Shown: one piece after another, positions 1 through 9,392 of the stretch
How positions within the stretch are numbered: the first letter of the stretch is position 1
Layout of the letters: each line of letters begins with the position of its first letter
NCBI GenBank assembly: GCA_977018835.1
Contig: OZ361258.1
Coordinates: 2,542,001-2,606,000, forward strand
DNA length: 64,000 nt
Reading direction: 5' to 3'
Source: Minutocellus sp. GHC0000111
Lineage: Eukaryota
Position numbers and translations under genes: made by a program
The notes under the pieces: model-generated
Database searches by the model: none
Told to the model about the DNA's origin: nothing
What the model saw: the letters and a program-made list of their open reading frames with translations, nothing else

Positions 1-336
1 GATCGCCAAGTAAGAGAGGGTCGTGGTGCCTACCCGAAAGGGTGGAGAAGCAGAGAACTCGGATTGTATGATAACAAGACAATAGAATTCTCTATTGCAT
101 TATCTACTGACAAGATTGCATTAGATGCATATAAGTTGGGATATGAGGATGGGAGTAAACAACCAACTGCTCACCCTGCCCTCACTGACAATAAACTTGC
201 CGATGCATATGGTGTGAAGCGCGGAAAGATTCGTCAGTCCCTCCACGCTGTGTGGCTTTCTAATGATCATAAGAAGGCCAAGGAGGCAAAAAAGAATACC
301 GGTAGAAATAGAAGAACAAAGAAGCCCGTGATATAA
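1..336 (+). CDS. Partial ORF entering from the left edge, unknown product (basic C-terminus)
   Basis: Frame is open from base 1 (DRQVREGRGAYPKGW...) to TAA at 334-336 and is followed by an AT-rich stretch; it converges on the transposase. No recognisable motif. Confidence 0.35.
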   Translation, partial: DRQVREGRGAYPKGWRSRELGLYDNKTIEFSIALSTDKIALDAYKLGYEDGSKQPTAHPALTDNKLADAYGVKRGKIRQSLHAVWLSNDHKKAKEAKKNTGRNRRTKKPVI

Positions 337-431
337 ACAAACCAATGCTGCTGCATCTTACATGTAGATCTATAAATAATTTGTAGACGTGTAACATTTA
401 TTTAATACATGTGTAAAGATATTAATACTAT

Positions 432-1447
432 CTATTTATTAGAAGGATGACGTGCTGAGGGCTCCATCCCCTTGGCCGTTTCGTTGAAGTCGATCCTAAT
501 TCCAGTGTGCAAGTTTTCGTCACCCAACCTTCCAACAAACTCATTGCTACCACCGGCCTTAATCACCAGGCCCATTATCCTCCAGTACTGAATGAAGGCC
601 GAAGCAATTTTGCAGTTAGGCATGCTATCGTAAACGTCCTCGGCAGTGTCCCAGATCTGGTCGGTGGAAATGACGGAGGTGCCTACCATTTTTCGTGCCC
701 ATTCCGAGTGCCGCCGGCTCATCGCGGGGAACACGCTCAAGTCAAGGACGTTGGCGTGAGGCATCTGCGGTGCCTGTGGCTGCCACGTCCAGCCTTGCTC
801 AGCACAGAAGTTAGTAACAAATTGCGTGAAGGTTCCGTCCTCGTGAGGCCCGGCCTGGTCGCCCTGGATAATAACATGGCAATCTTCGTATGCTTGCCCG
901 GACCGACAAGGTTGAGAATCGCTGGGAAAATAGTCTCCTTGAATACGAGGAGCAAAGAGCATTTCGGATCCTTTTTGGTGCCTTCGTTCGATCCAGTAAC
1001 GCAACAATCAACAAGAAACGACCCTCCTTTCCGGCGAAGAGGTTCCTTTGGTGTCCCATCGGGGTTGGTATTTGGGTACCGTATTGAACCATCAGGCTGT
1101 GATACTGCTTCGTACTGAGCTCGCTCCGCTATTTTAGGAGCTTGAGCTCGTACCAGTGGCAGTTTTACAACCTCGCACCCACTCTCAAGAGAACCGTCAA
1201 AGACAGCGGCAACAAATGCAATGGCCATGACCTTGTTGATGTGGCTCCTGTGAAAGGCCGCGTAATCTCGCTTTTTCACGCCGATTTCCTCGCAAGCCTT
1301 CGCAAAAGCTCGGAGGACGAGACCCCAGAACCATTTCTCATCGTAATGCACGAGGAGAACTCGCTTCTTTCCATTCGGTAAATTGCCGTTCTCATCCCGA
1401 ATGTTCCAGAAATTCCGCACGAGTAGGGATATTGATGACTTGGTCAA
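432..1447 (-). mobile_element. Tc1/mariner-superfamily (plant-mariner-like) transposase catalytic domain; N-terminus missing; one frameshift near 898
   Basis: HYDEKWFW (first Asp) in ORF 737-1447; QGDQAGPH ... QAPQMPHANVLDLSVF (second and third Asp) in ORF 432-1007. The frames join as LVGPG/QAYEDCHVIIQGD if one G is added in a G-run. Confidence 0.85.
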
Positions 1448-1770
1448 GGCAGGTTATGATCCGGCGGCTGTTTCGAGAATGGCTTTGTACAAACATCTTC
1501 TGGAGCCACAGCTCGGAGGTAATCGATGCTACCAAATTTGGGCAAAATCTTCCTTTGACAAACTTCTTTTTGTTGGCTTCGATATGGATGCAAAGGACTT
1601 CATTATTGTTGATGAAAAGACCGAGCCAGCACTGGAAAAACTCTGTGGCGAACTACACGGGTAAGATTGATTATCGCCAAGAAAACTCTATCACAGTTAA
1701 CAATCCCTCCGAGAGGGGGCTAGGTAGCTACGTAGTATCATTGTAGAAAGTAGTTTACTTTTATATATGG

Positions 1771-1829
1771 ACTCTCCGTCAATTCAAGATTGGGCCGTTA
1801 TCATCCGTCTCCTAAATTGACCGAGAGTA
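1771..1829. repeat. Short inverted repeat / probable mariner terminal inverted repeat with flanking TA
   Basis: ACTCTCCGTCAATT (1771-1784) pairs with AATTGACCGAGAGT (1815-1828) with 1 mismatch. The minus strand reads TA|CTCTCGGTCAATT, resembling Stowaway/plant-mariner termini (TA|CTCCCTCCGT). Confidence 0.5.
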
Positions 1830-1968
1830 CCATGGTATATAACAAAACAAAAAATGAGTCTTTTCGTTGCACATCAATGACCAAGACGGGCGTCGGTGAC
1901 CGCTGGCAGCCTACAAGCCCGTCCATTGCCGGTGTATATATTGTACACATGCTCTCTAGAGTCAAGAC

Positions 1969-3092
1969 CTACGCAAGCTGACCCTGCGGGAGGCCTCCGC
2001 TCGTGCCATCGCCGTGGTCCAGAGTGGCCAGGGGAACCTTGTTATCCCGGTGGCGGACGTAGTAGGTGTACGAACCAAAGGCGAAGCAGGTCGAAACGCC
2101 GAGGGCGAAGACGATAAAGGCAAAGATGGGGCTGGCCTTCTTCTTTTTGTGGTACGTGCGCTCGGTGAACCTCTGCTTGAAGGACTTGCACGCGCTGACG
2201 TCGTCGTCCTCGGCGACGTTGCCGTTCTGGTTGACGCCGTTGACGCAGTGGTAGGCCTGCTGCTGCATGTCGCCGCAAAGGCCGTTGGAGGCGGAGCAGT
2301 CGATGCAGGTGTCCTCCACCATGGAGAAGGTGTTGTAGTTGAAGCCGTAGTAGTTGCCAACGTAGTGCTTGATGAGGCACTCGTCGTCGTAGAACATGTC
2401 GATGATGAGGTCGCCGGTGTCGGGATCGCACGTCGGGGCGGAGTAGAGCTGGTCGCCGGCATTGTCGACGTAGGAGGCCTGGCAGTCGAGGTAGTTGACC
2501 TCGTCCCCACCGCCGTTGTAGTTGGCGCAGTTCTTGGCGCAGGAGTTGCAGTCTACCGCGGCGCCGTTTCCGTTTGTTGTTGTTGTTTCGTCCTCGCCTT
2601 CGCCCTCGTCCTCCAACTTGCGTCGGCACTGGTTGCTGCACCCTCGCAGTAGTTGGTCGTGAACTGGACGGTGGTCTGCAGGTACTCGCCGAGATCCATG
2701 ACGTACTCGGTGGAGTAGTCGCACGACCCGCACTGGCCCTTGTCGTTGTCGCCACAGACGAAGAAGCTGGCGAACGCCACCGACTTGGTCCGGTAGCTGC
2801 CGCCGTAGTAGTTTTGCCCTCCGTCGTCGTCGTTGTTCTCCTGCACCTTGACGCGGTGGCAGCGGCCGTACTGGATGTTGCTGTTGTAGATGTTCGACCC
2901 GTCCTCGAGGCGGCGGACGGTGAGGCCGTCCATGCTCTTGGAGGCCAGCGGGTTGGCCTTGAGGAGGGTGGCGCCCCGCTGGCCCTGCGGGGGGGTGGCC
3001 GCCGAACTTTGTGCTACGTCGGCGTGCGCCGGGGCGGCCGCGGATACCGCCGCCAGAGACGATGCAAGAACAATTAAGCCTGAGCCCTTCAT
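1969..3092 (-). CDS. Silicanin-like type I membrane protein (diatom-specific); one frameshift near 2641
   Basis: Signal peptide MKGSGLIVLASSLAAVSAA; RRL motif; Cys-rich N/D/Q-rich lumenal domain (YGRCHRVK, EYVMDLGEYL, YLDCQ, PTCD, MFYDDEC); C-terminal TM (IFAFIVFALGVSTCFAFGSYTYY) and short tail. ORFs 2553-3092 and 1969-2733 join as YCEG/CSNQCRRKLED if one G is added. Confidence 0.7.
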
Positions 3093-3680
3093 CTTCTCTA
3101 TTTAGGTGTCCGTTTCGGTATGTATTTTGGTCTGTTCGAATGCAATTTGCAAGATGGGTTGCTTTCCGTGCTGTGCTGAGCTGTATCCGACTCGACTATT
3201 CGATTGTGGATGGAGTTCAGTCCGAGCACCTCAGGAGAACAAGTAAATAAGGCACAAGATGTGTTGTTAACGAACAAATTCTCGGTGCCGCTGGATACAA
3301 ATGGATATCCCAAACAGTAAAGTGCTTTTGATGGCTAATTCAACGGAGGGGGCAGCTGATGGCAGCTTCTCCTACTCCTGACTGGTCAAAGGTGTTGCCA
3401 CTGGCTTTGGTCTCCCTTCAACGCCTCGGCATTGGAATGAAGAGACCATGGACGAGCCTGCCACGCCGCAGAAAACCTCGCTTCCTCGCAAACCTCGCCA
3501 ACATTTTTCTCCATTAGATTTGTAGACACGTTAAGAGACAGAAACCCGGAAGTGATATCCAAAACGCACTTACTTGACGGCCGGCCGGCTGGCCGGCGAT
3601 TGCAGGACCAGGCCTCATTTTTTGGCCACCACCCGCATCCAACCCACATCCCAACCCAAGTGCTGCGGCCTGTATCTTCC

Positions 3681-4931
3681 ATGAGGATTGCCCGTCATCA
3701 CTTCGCATTTCTCTTTGTCACGGCATGCCTTGCTGAATCTGGATACGGCTGGACGCATCCATGTAGGCCTACGCATCATCGTGCTTCCTTCACTGGCCCA
3801 ACGAGAAGGGCCGGTACCGTGACATCTCGTCGTTCATCATCATGCCGTCCAAGCACCACCTCCCTTGGACCGACGTCTCTCGAGCAGCAACCCGAGGCAC
3901 CGACCGAAGATGATGGCCAGCGCGTTCTGGCCGTGGTGGCGCCGCTCAAATACACCGGTCAAAGCAATTATCCAACACTCAATCTCCAATTTCCAGATTT
4001 GGATCAGGTCATGGACGATGGAAGTGTTCAGGGCGTGTCGTTGGACTTTGTCATGGACACAGGTGCCAACATCAACACGGTGGAGGGCATGGTCGTTGAC
4101 TCGTACAGTCTGCCGGTGGCAGTGTCGGCACAGGAGCTGGGGGCAGCAGGTGCCGCCGGAATGGGCGGATCGTTCCCTGCGTGTGACATCCACACGCTCG
4201 GCACGTGCAAGCTGGGGGGGATGCCTCCTGGGTCTGACTTTGATTTCATGTATGGGCTGACGGCCGCTAGGATGCCCGATTCTCTCCCATATCGAGTTGC
4301 CAATGGGCTGTTGGGTCTCACCTTCCCTGCCGGTGTGGAGTTGGACTGGTATGGCACGGACGGAGACCCGCCGACTTGTATTTTCTATTATGGTGATACC
4401 ACCCCACCAGATGCCTTGAAGAACATGGTTGGAGTTCCATTGGAGCGATTACCGGTGCAAATAATGAGCCTGGTTATTGAGGTGAATGGCGTTCCAGTGA
4501 AGGCGATATTAGACACCGGTAGTCCCAATACGATCCTTACTCCCGAGGCGGCGTACAGATGCGGCATTGAAGTCTACTCGGACAACATGGCACCGGATGA
4601 TTTGCCACTTCGTCAGCAAGTGGTCGGCGCGACTGCCATGGGCATCGATGGCAATGTCTTCAACTTGGCAAGGTCGGTCAATGACGTCGGTGTCACTGCC
4701 GGCGGTGCCTCTCTCGGCGCAACCCCGATATTTGTTGGAAATCTTCCAGGGTTGGAAATTCTCAATCAATTTGAGATGGAATATCCCCCGGAGGCGATTC
4801 TAGGCCTTGACTTTCTCCAGCGGGCGTACCGGATTATTGTCAAGATTGACGACGAGAGCTCCCTCTGGATTGAAGAGCTGGCCGATCAACCTCGATGGGA
4901 CGGACAGCGAGGATACAATGAGGGCGCCTGA
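3681..4931 (+). CDS. Two-domain retropepsin-like aspartic protease, signal peptide / probable plastid presequence
   Basis: Two catalytic motifs, FVMDTGAN and AILDTGSP, each followed by GLLGL / AILGLDFL. ATG at 3681 begins a hydrophobic leader followed by an S/T/R-rich segment. Confidence 0.8.
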   Translation: MRIARHHFAFLFVTACLAESGYGWTHPCRPTHHRASFTGPTRRAGTVTSRRSSSCRPSTTSLGPTSLEQQPEAPTEDDGQRVLAVVAPLKYTGQSNYPTLNLQFPDLDQVMDDGSVQGVSLDFVMDTGANINTVEGMVVDSYSLPVAVSAQELGAAGAAGMGGSFPACDIHTLGTCKLGGMPPGSDFDFMYGLTAARMPDSLPYRVANGLLGLTFPAGVELDWYGTDGDPPTCIFYYGDTTPPDALKNMVGVPLERLPVQIMSLVIEVNGVPVKAILDTGSPNTILTPEAAYRCGIEVYSDNMAPDDLPLRQQVVGATAMGIDGNVFNLARSVNDVGVTAGGASLGATPIFVGNLPGLEILNQFEMEYPPEAILGLDFLQRAYRIIVKIDDESSLWIEELADQPRWDGQRGYNEGA

Positions 4932-5441
4932 AACAGCAGTTACCGGTAGTTGATAGGAACCGGTACCGGTAGATCTAGATCTAGATGTAGATCGATCGAC
5001 AGAAACCAGATTTAAATTTTTAGAGCTACACGTAGACTAGATCTACCGTAGCTAAACTTACATGCATCTATCCAACTGTGAAGACACTGGCGTATTGCAT
5101 GCATTGAACTTACATGTAGCCAGCTACATGCGTCCCGCTACATGTACTACGTAGCTACGTAGTACCGTGTGATTGATTCTTCGTTTTTTGTTCTTCTTGG
5201 CCGTCGTTCGTTGTGCCGTGGGCCGTGGGGCGGGCGGTGCCGTCCGTGGGGGGTCGTCCAGCTGTCGTCCGTCGCAGTCGCCAGGTTGAGTTTTGATCTT
5301 CTTGTCGATGCACGCACACGTTGCCGTGTCTTTGCGCCACGCCACCTGACCTGAGCGAGCCGCTGCTTCGAGTAAGTTGAGTTGAGTTGCTTGGTCTCGA
5401 CCAACCCCATTTCTTGTTATTCGTGTTATTGTAACGAGAAT

Positions 5442-6920
5442 ATGCCAATGTCTACAGTTATTCAGCGATTTATCCTTCTTCTGGTGGTCAGTTCCCAAAA
5501 TCAGAGAACCGAGGCCTTTGTCACCGGTAGCAATTCTCTGGATTGTTTAGATTGTGTCTACGCCCCCGCTCAGCATTCTGTCATCTTTCCGATAAGAGAG
5601 AGTGATAACGGCGACGGCATATCACTGACCGAGCAAGAAAAGGGAGATGCTCTCTCCTCGGCCTTCGATGCCATGGTAGATTCATCTGACTTCATGTTTC
5701 AATCGTCGGCTGAGTCGTCATCTACACTTATTGGTCAAGGTGAAGGGCATCAATTTTCGTCGTGTCGAATGCCAGCGTTTGGAACATCGGCGACGGTGAC
5801 ATTTGCACCGTTGCGTTCTTCGTGTGACGAAAATGGCGACCCGACGGAGTATATCCTATCTGCTCTGAATTTTGATCATGCGGTGAATGATTTTGCTAAT
5901 CTTTGTCTCGAAATCTACAAGTATCGCGATGACATAAGAGGTGTTGTTTCCATGGATCACCTACGTGAGAATGTCCTCGATTATCTCAACAGTCAGCCAC
6001 CTGATCCTGGCACTGACGCTGAACTTACCAGCAGCGAGACCATTGGCAATGATGGACTTGGTGCTCTTTTGGATGACGTTATTGATTCCGAATGCATATC
6101 AAAGCTGGAGAGAGATGGTTTTGTTGTCATTGACAATGTGATGAAAACTTCTCAATCCTCAAACTACAAGCTCTCCCAGTGGTCAAAGAAAGGCCAAACA
6201 GGCCAGGAAGAATGCCGAACAGACACTGTTGCATTCATGGATCGTGGCGATGCCTTGGAATGTGGAGTTGAAAGCCAGTATGATCTCCTATTATCGCTGG
6301 CATCTCATTTGAACAACAAGCTAGACTTGTACGAATCGCCCTTTGCTCCCGTGTTTCCAGGAACTAGGGATAATCCACTCACAAATCCAAGTGGATGCAA
6401 CGTCCAAATGGCGGAATACGGTTCGCAAGACTTTTATGATCCACACTCTGATAATTCCATCAACATGGCTCAGCATAGCGAATACGTTTATCAGGGAAGT
6501 GAAGAAGAATACATCGATAACTGCTATGGCAATGAAGTCTTTGATGATACAACGCCGTGGAGGGCAGAGATGCAGCGGGGCATGTATTCGAGTGAAAAGC
6601 GGAGGTCGAACTATCGCTGCATAACAGCAATTCTCTATCTCAATGAGGGGTGGGAGGAAAAAGATGGTGGCCAGCTCAGAATGTATCTCGACAGTGCCCA
6701 CTGCGAAATTCCAAATACAGCAAAGGACACTCATAATTACGTTGACGTGAATCCGTCCAATGGAAAGCTGCTATTGTTTGACTCTCGGATGATTCATTCT
6801 GTAGAAAAGGTGCTTCACGAGAGCAAAATTCGCAGGGCATTGACACTGTGGATCACTCGTCCAGAGGAAAGCGGCGTAACTGGGGAGAAGTTCTTCTTAT
6901 TTGATGACGATGAAAATTGA
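5442..6920 (+). CDS. 2OG-Fe(II) oxygenase, prolyl 4-hydroxylase/EGLN-like, probably plastid-targeted
   Basis: HxD (YDPHSD), RCITAILYLNEGWEEKDGGQLRMY, LFDSRMIHSV, RRALTLW. Leader ends in EAF. Confidence 0.85.
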   Translation: MPMSTVIQRFILLLVVSSQNQRTEAFVTGSNSLDCLDCVYAPAQHSVIFPIRESDNGDGISLTEQEKGDALSSAFDAMVDSSDFMFQSSAESSSTLIGQGEGHQFSSCRMPAFGTSATVTFAPLRSSCDENGDPTEYILSALNFDHAVNDFANLCLEIYKYRDDIRGVVSMDHLRENVLDYLNSQPPDPGTDAELTSSETIGNDGLGALLDDVIDSECISKLERDGFVVIDNVMKTSQSSNYKLSQWSKKGQTGQEECRTDTVAFMDRGDALECGVESQYDLLLSLASHLNNKLDLYESPFAPVFPGTRDNPLTNPSGCNVQMAEYGSQDFYDPHSDNSINMAQHSEYVYQGSEEEYIDNCYGNEVFDDTTPWRAEMQRGMYSSEKRRSNYRCITAILYLNEGWEEKDGGQLRMYLDSAHCEIPNTAKDTHNYVDVNPSNGKLLLFDSRMIHSVEKVLHESKIRRALTLWITRPEESGVTGEKFFLFDDDEN

Positions 6921-6963
6921 TTAATGAACGTGTTCGAATGTAGAAGGCCTATTTATCACTAGT

Positions 6964-6988
6964 CTAGCTAGCTAGCTAGCTAGCTAGC
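6964..6988. repeat. (CTAG)n microsatellite between convergent genes
   Basis: ctagctagctagctagctagctagc. Similar TA-rich simple repeats occur at ~4970-5050 and ~35642-35680. Confidence 0.8.
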
Positions 6989-7191
6989 TTTGTAGATATG
7001 TATCATTCAAGGGATGCATGCATGCATGTTACATTAATAAGGATCCAATGAAAAGAATTACTATCTAGCTCCTTGTAGTACCGCGGAAGCATCCAGATAG
7101 TAAAAATTTCTACAAAGTAAATTATTCAGCAAATAAATTAGGGCTACATTGAAAAGGCCCTGCCGGGGGGGCGACCCTTCGCCCTGCTTGA

Positions 7192-8754
7192 CTAATTAGT
7201 AACCAAAGACCCCAAATGTATCACCTCAGGAAGGACGAGCAAGGACGAGACGCCAGCGAGGACATATAGAGCAATGTCACCTCCTCCGATTCTCCCCGGC
7301 ATTGGCAAGGCGTCATTTTCGTCCGCAGTAAAACGTCGAAGACTTAAAAGTGATAGGGCGGGCAATATACCATACAAGGAAACCCCGCCGAGCAATCCAG
7401 CTTCCTCCAGGGCAACTAAAAATATATCTGGAAATGCGTAGGCTAGAATCACCGGTGGTCCAAGAGCAAGGAAAGCAGCTAGAATTCTGGCACTTGGTCC
7501 AAGTGATTCTCCATTTTCATCTGCCAAGGGGTCGCTGTCTCCTTCCTTGAAAAGAGATCCTATCCCATCTTCAAAAAAGTCCACTAGGCTAACTGATGCG
7601 CCAGCCATTGACGAACCAATCGCACAGGCCGAGAAAACCTCGACGAAATCCTTGATGATGGGCCCTCCCGTCGCACCGAGAACAGTAATAACATCCATTT
7701 TCGACTCCTCAGCGACCCCATCCACTGATACAATCCCTAGAAATACAGCCTCCCAGATAGTATACAATGCTAATGGAGCGAGGCTTCCGAATAGAATGGC
7801 CCTCCTGGTTCGATTGGGATCGCCGCCGAGATAATTCAATAGCGTCGGGACAACATTCTGCGCGCCAAAGGAAAGGATGCCAATTGATATTAAATTGGGA
7901 TAGAGAGTCGTCCAATCACTTTGGCTGATAAGATTCGGTGCATCGATTTGAGGCAATCCGAATCCCACCAAGCCCACAAAGGTTGATACCAAACCCAGCA
8001 CGAATACTCGGTTTATGGCATCGATGCGAGATGTCCCGAATGTTCCCAATGTACCAAAAAATATGGCAAATATAGCCGATCCAATCGCTGGGGCCACTTG
8101 GATTGCTGACGAAGATATTTCATCGACAAATTGTGCAATCAATTGACCACCTTCCGCCGTATAAGCCACCACAATCGCAGTGAGGAGGAACCAAAACAAC
8201 AACCCCGTTGCAATCTCTCCTGGCACCCCCAGGGCTCTTCGCGATATGGAGAGGAAGGATGTACCACCACCGCCACCCGTACCTCCGCTGGCTTCGGATG
8301 ATGATGAAGATTCGTCTACTACATCTACTGATGCCAATTGAAGCGCTGTCCAACTTGCCTCGAGAGTAGCCAAAGATGTGACGTATGTGAACACCCAGCA
8401 TATTATCAAGCCCGATAGTGTTGGGATGAAACCTGAGTCCAATGTTTCGGCGGGAAGAGCCAGCATGCCAGCACCAACCAAAATGCCTGCAAATAGAAGC
8501 GACGCGCCCAGAATGCTACCCTCCTCCAACGATGACTCATCAGAAACATCAGCTTTGAGAAGCGTAAGATGGCTTGGCTTTGGCACGTGCAATGTTGGCA
8601 GTGAGCTTGCGGTGGTGGTGGTGGTTGTGTCATGACGTTCTACTCGTAGGGAGTGGAAAGGAGACGACGTAAATGCTTCTACTTCATGAAGCAAAGAGGT
8701 CCCCGCAAAAGCAACTATTGTCGCGAGCAGCCATTGCCATCGTTGGTTGCCCAT
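7192..8754 (-). CDS. Tryptophan/tyrosine permease family (TyrP/Mtr-like) transporter, probably plastid-targeted
   Basis: GASLLFAGILVGAGMLALP signature, SFGAQNVVP, GSLAPL, about 11 hydrophobic segments. Leader ...HEVEAF followed by an S/T-rich transit-like region. Confidence 0.85.
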   Translation of the reverse strand: MGNQRWQWLLATIVAFAGTSLLHEVEAFTSSPFHSLRVERHDTTTTTTASSLPTLHVPKPSHLTLLKADVSDESSLEEGSILGASLLFAGILVGAGMLALPAETLDSGFIPTLSGLIICWVFTYVTSLATLEASWTALQLASVDVVDESSSSSEASGGTGGGGGTSFLSISRRALGVPGEIATGLLFWFLLTAIVVAYTAEGGQLIAQFVDEISSSAIQVAPAIGSAIFAIFFGTLGTFGTSRIDAINRVFVLGLVSTFVGLVGFGLPQIDAPNLISQSDWTTLYPNLISIGILSFGAQNVVPTLLNYLGGDPNRTRRAILFGSLAPLALYTIWEAVFLGIVSVDGVAEESKMDVITVLGATGGPIIKDFVEVFSACAIGSSMAGASVSLVDFFEDGIGSLFKEGDSDPLADENGESLGPSARILAAFLALGPPVILAYAFPDIFLVALEEAGLLGGVSLYGILPALSLLSLRRFTADENDALPMPGRIGGGDIALYVLAGVSSLLVLPEVIHLGSLVTN

Positions 8755-9392
8755 GGTCATCACATACAGTGCGGTAGGCGGCTGCCACTTGAGCGCTGCT
8801 TCCCGGCCGGCTGCTCTCGTCACGCCATGGTTCTGTGGCGGTTTGCGGGAAGCTTAGAAAAGTACATGATGCCGAAACCTGCAAGACCGAGACGGACGGC
8901 GAGAGCACGAGCGCCGAGCGAGAAGATGAAGCAACCACCAGGCGGGCAAAGGCAGGGGGTGGCGAGCGCTTCCTATCTGACTGCTTTACAATGTGTCTGC
9001 TCCTCCTAAAGATGAGCGATGTATTGTGCTGGCTGCAAGAGTGCCATGCGTGGCGAGTGTGCCGAGCTATCTGTCGTCAGATTGAATGTGAATCGGCCAA
9101 GCAGAAATGTGCGTGGCCGCCTGTGTGGCCGAAAGAAGAATGTGCCGTGTGGACTGGCCCTTGCGGCGGTTTGGTGCAGCAATCAATGAACTCAATTGAC
9201 TCATCCGATCAGAGAGAGCAAGCTGGCTTTTAGATTTGAATTTTTTTTCAAGTCAGTCGCGTGAGGTGCTCTCAGCCGCCTCGGCCTTCAAGCAGCAGGG
9301 GCTGCAGCTGCCTCACACTGAGGATACTGAGAATACTGAAGATACGAGAGCTGCTTTGGTAGTGGAATGGATCCATCATCATAATCACCATT

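Noticed and set aside
4940..5165. AGATCT/CTAG/TACGTA palindrome-rich tracts as MITEs or regulatory arrays
   Set aside because: Low-complexity TA-rich simple repeats recur at several gene 3' ends here; no TIR/TSD pair was found.
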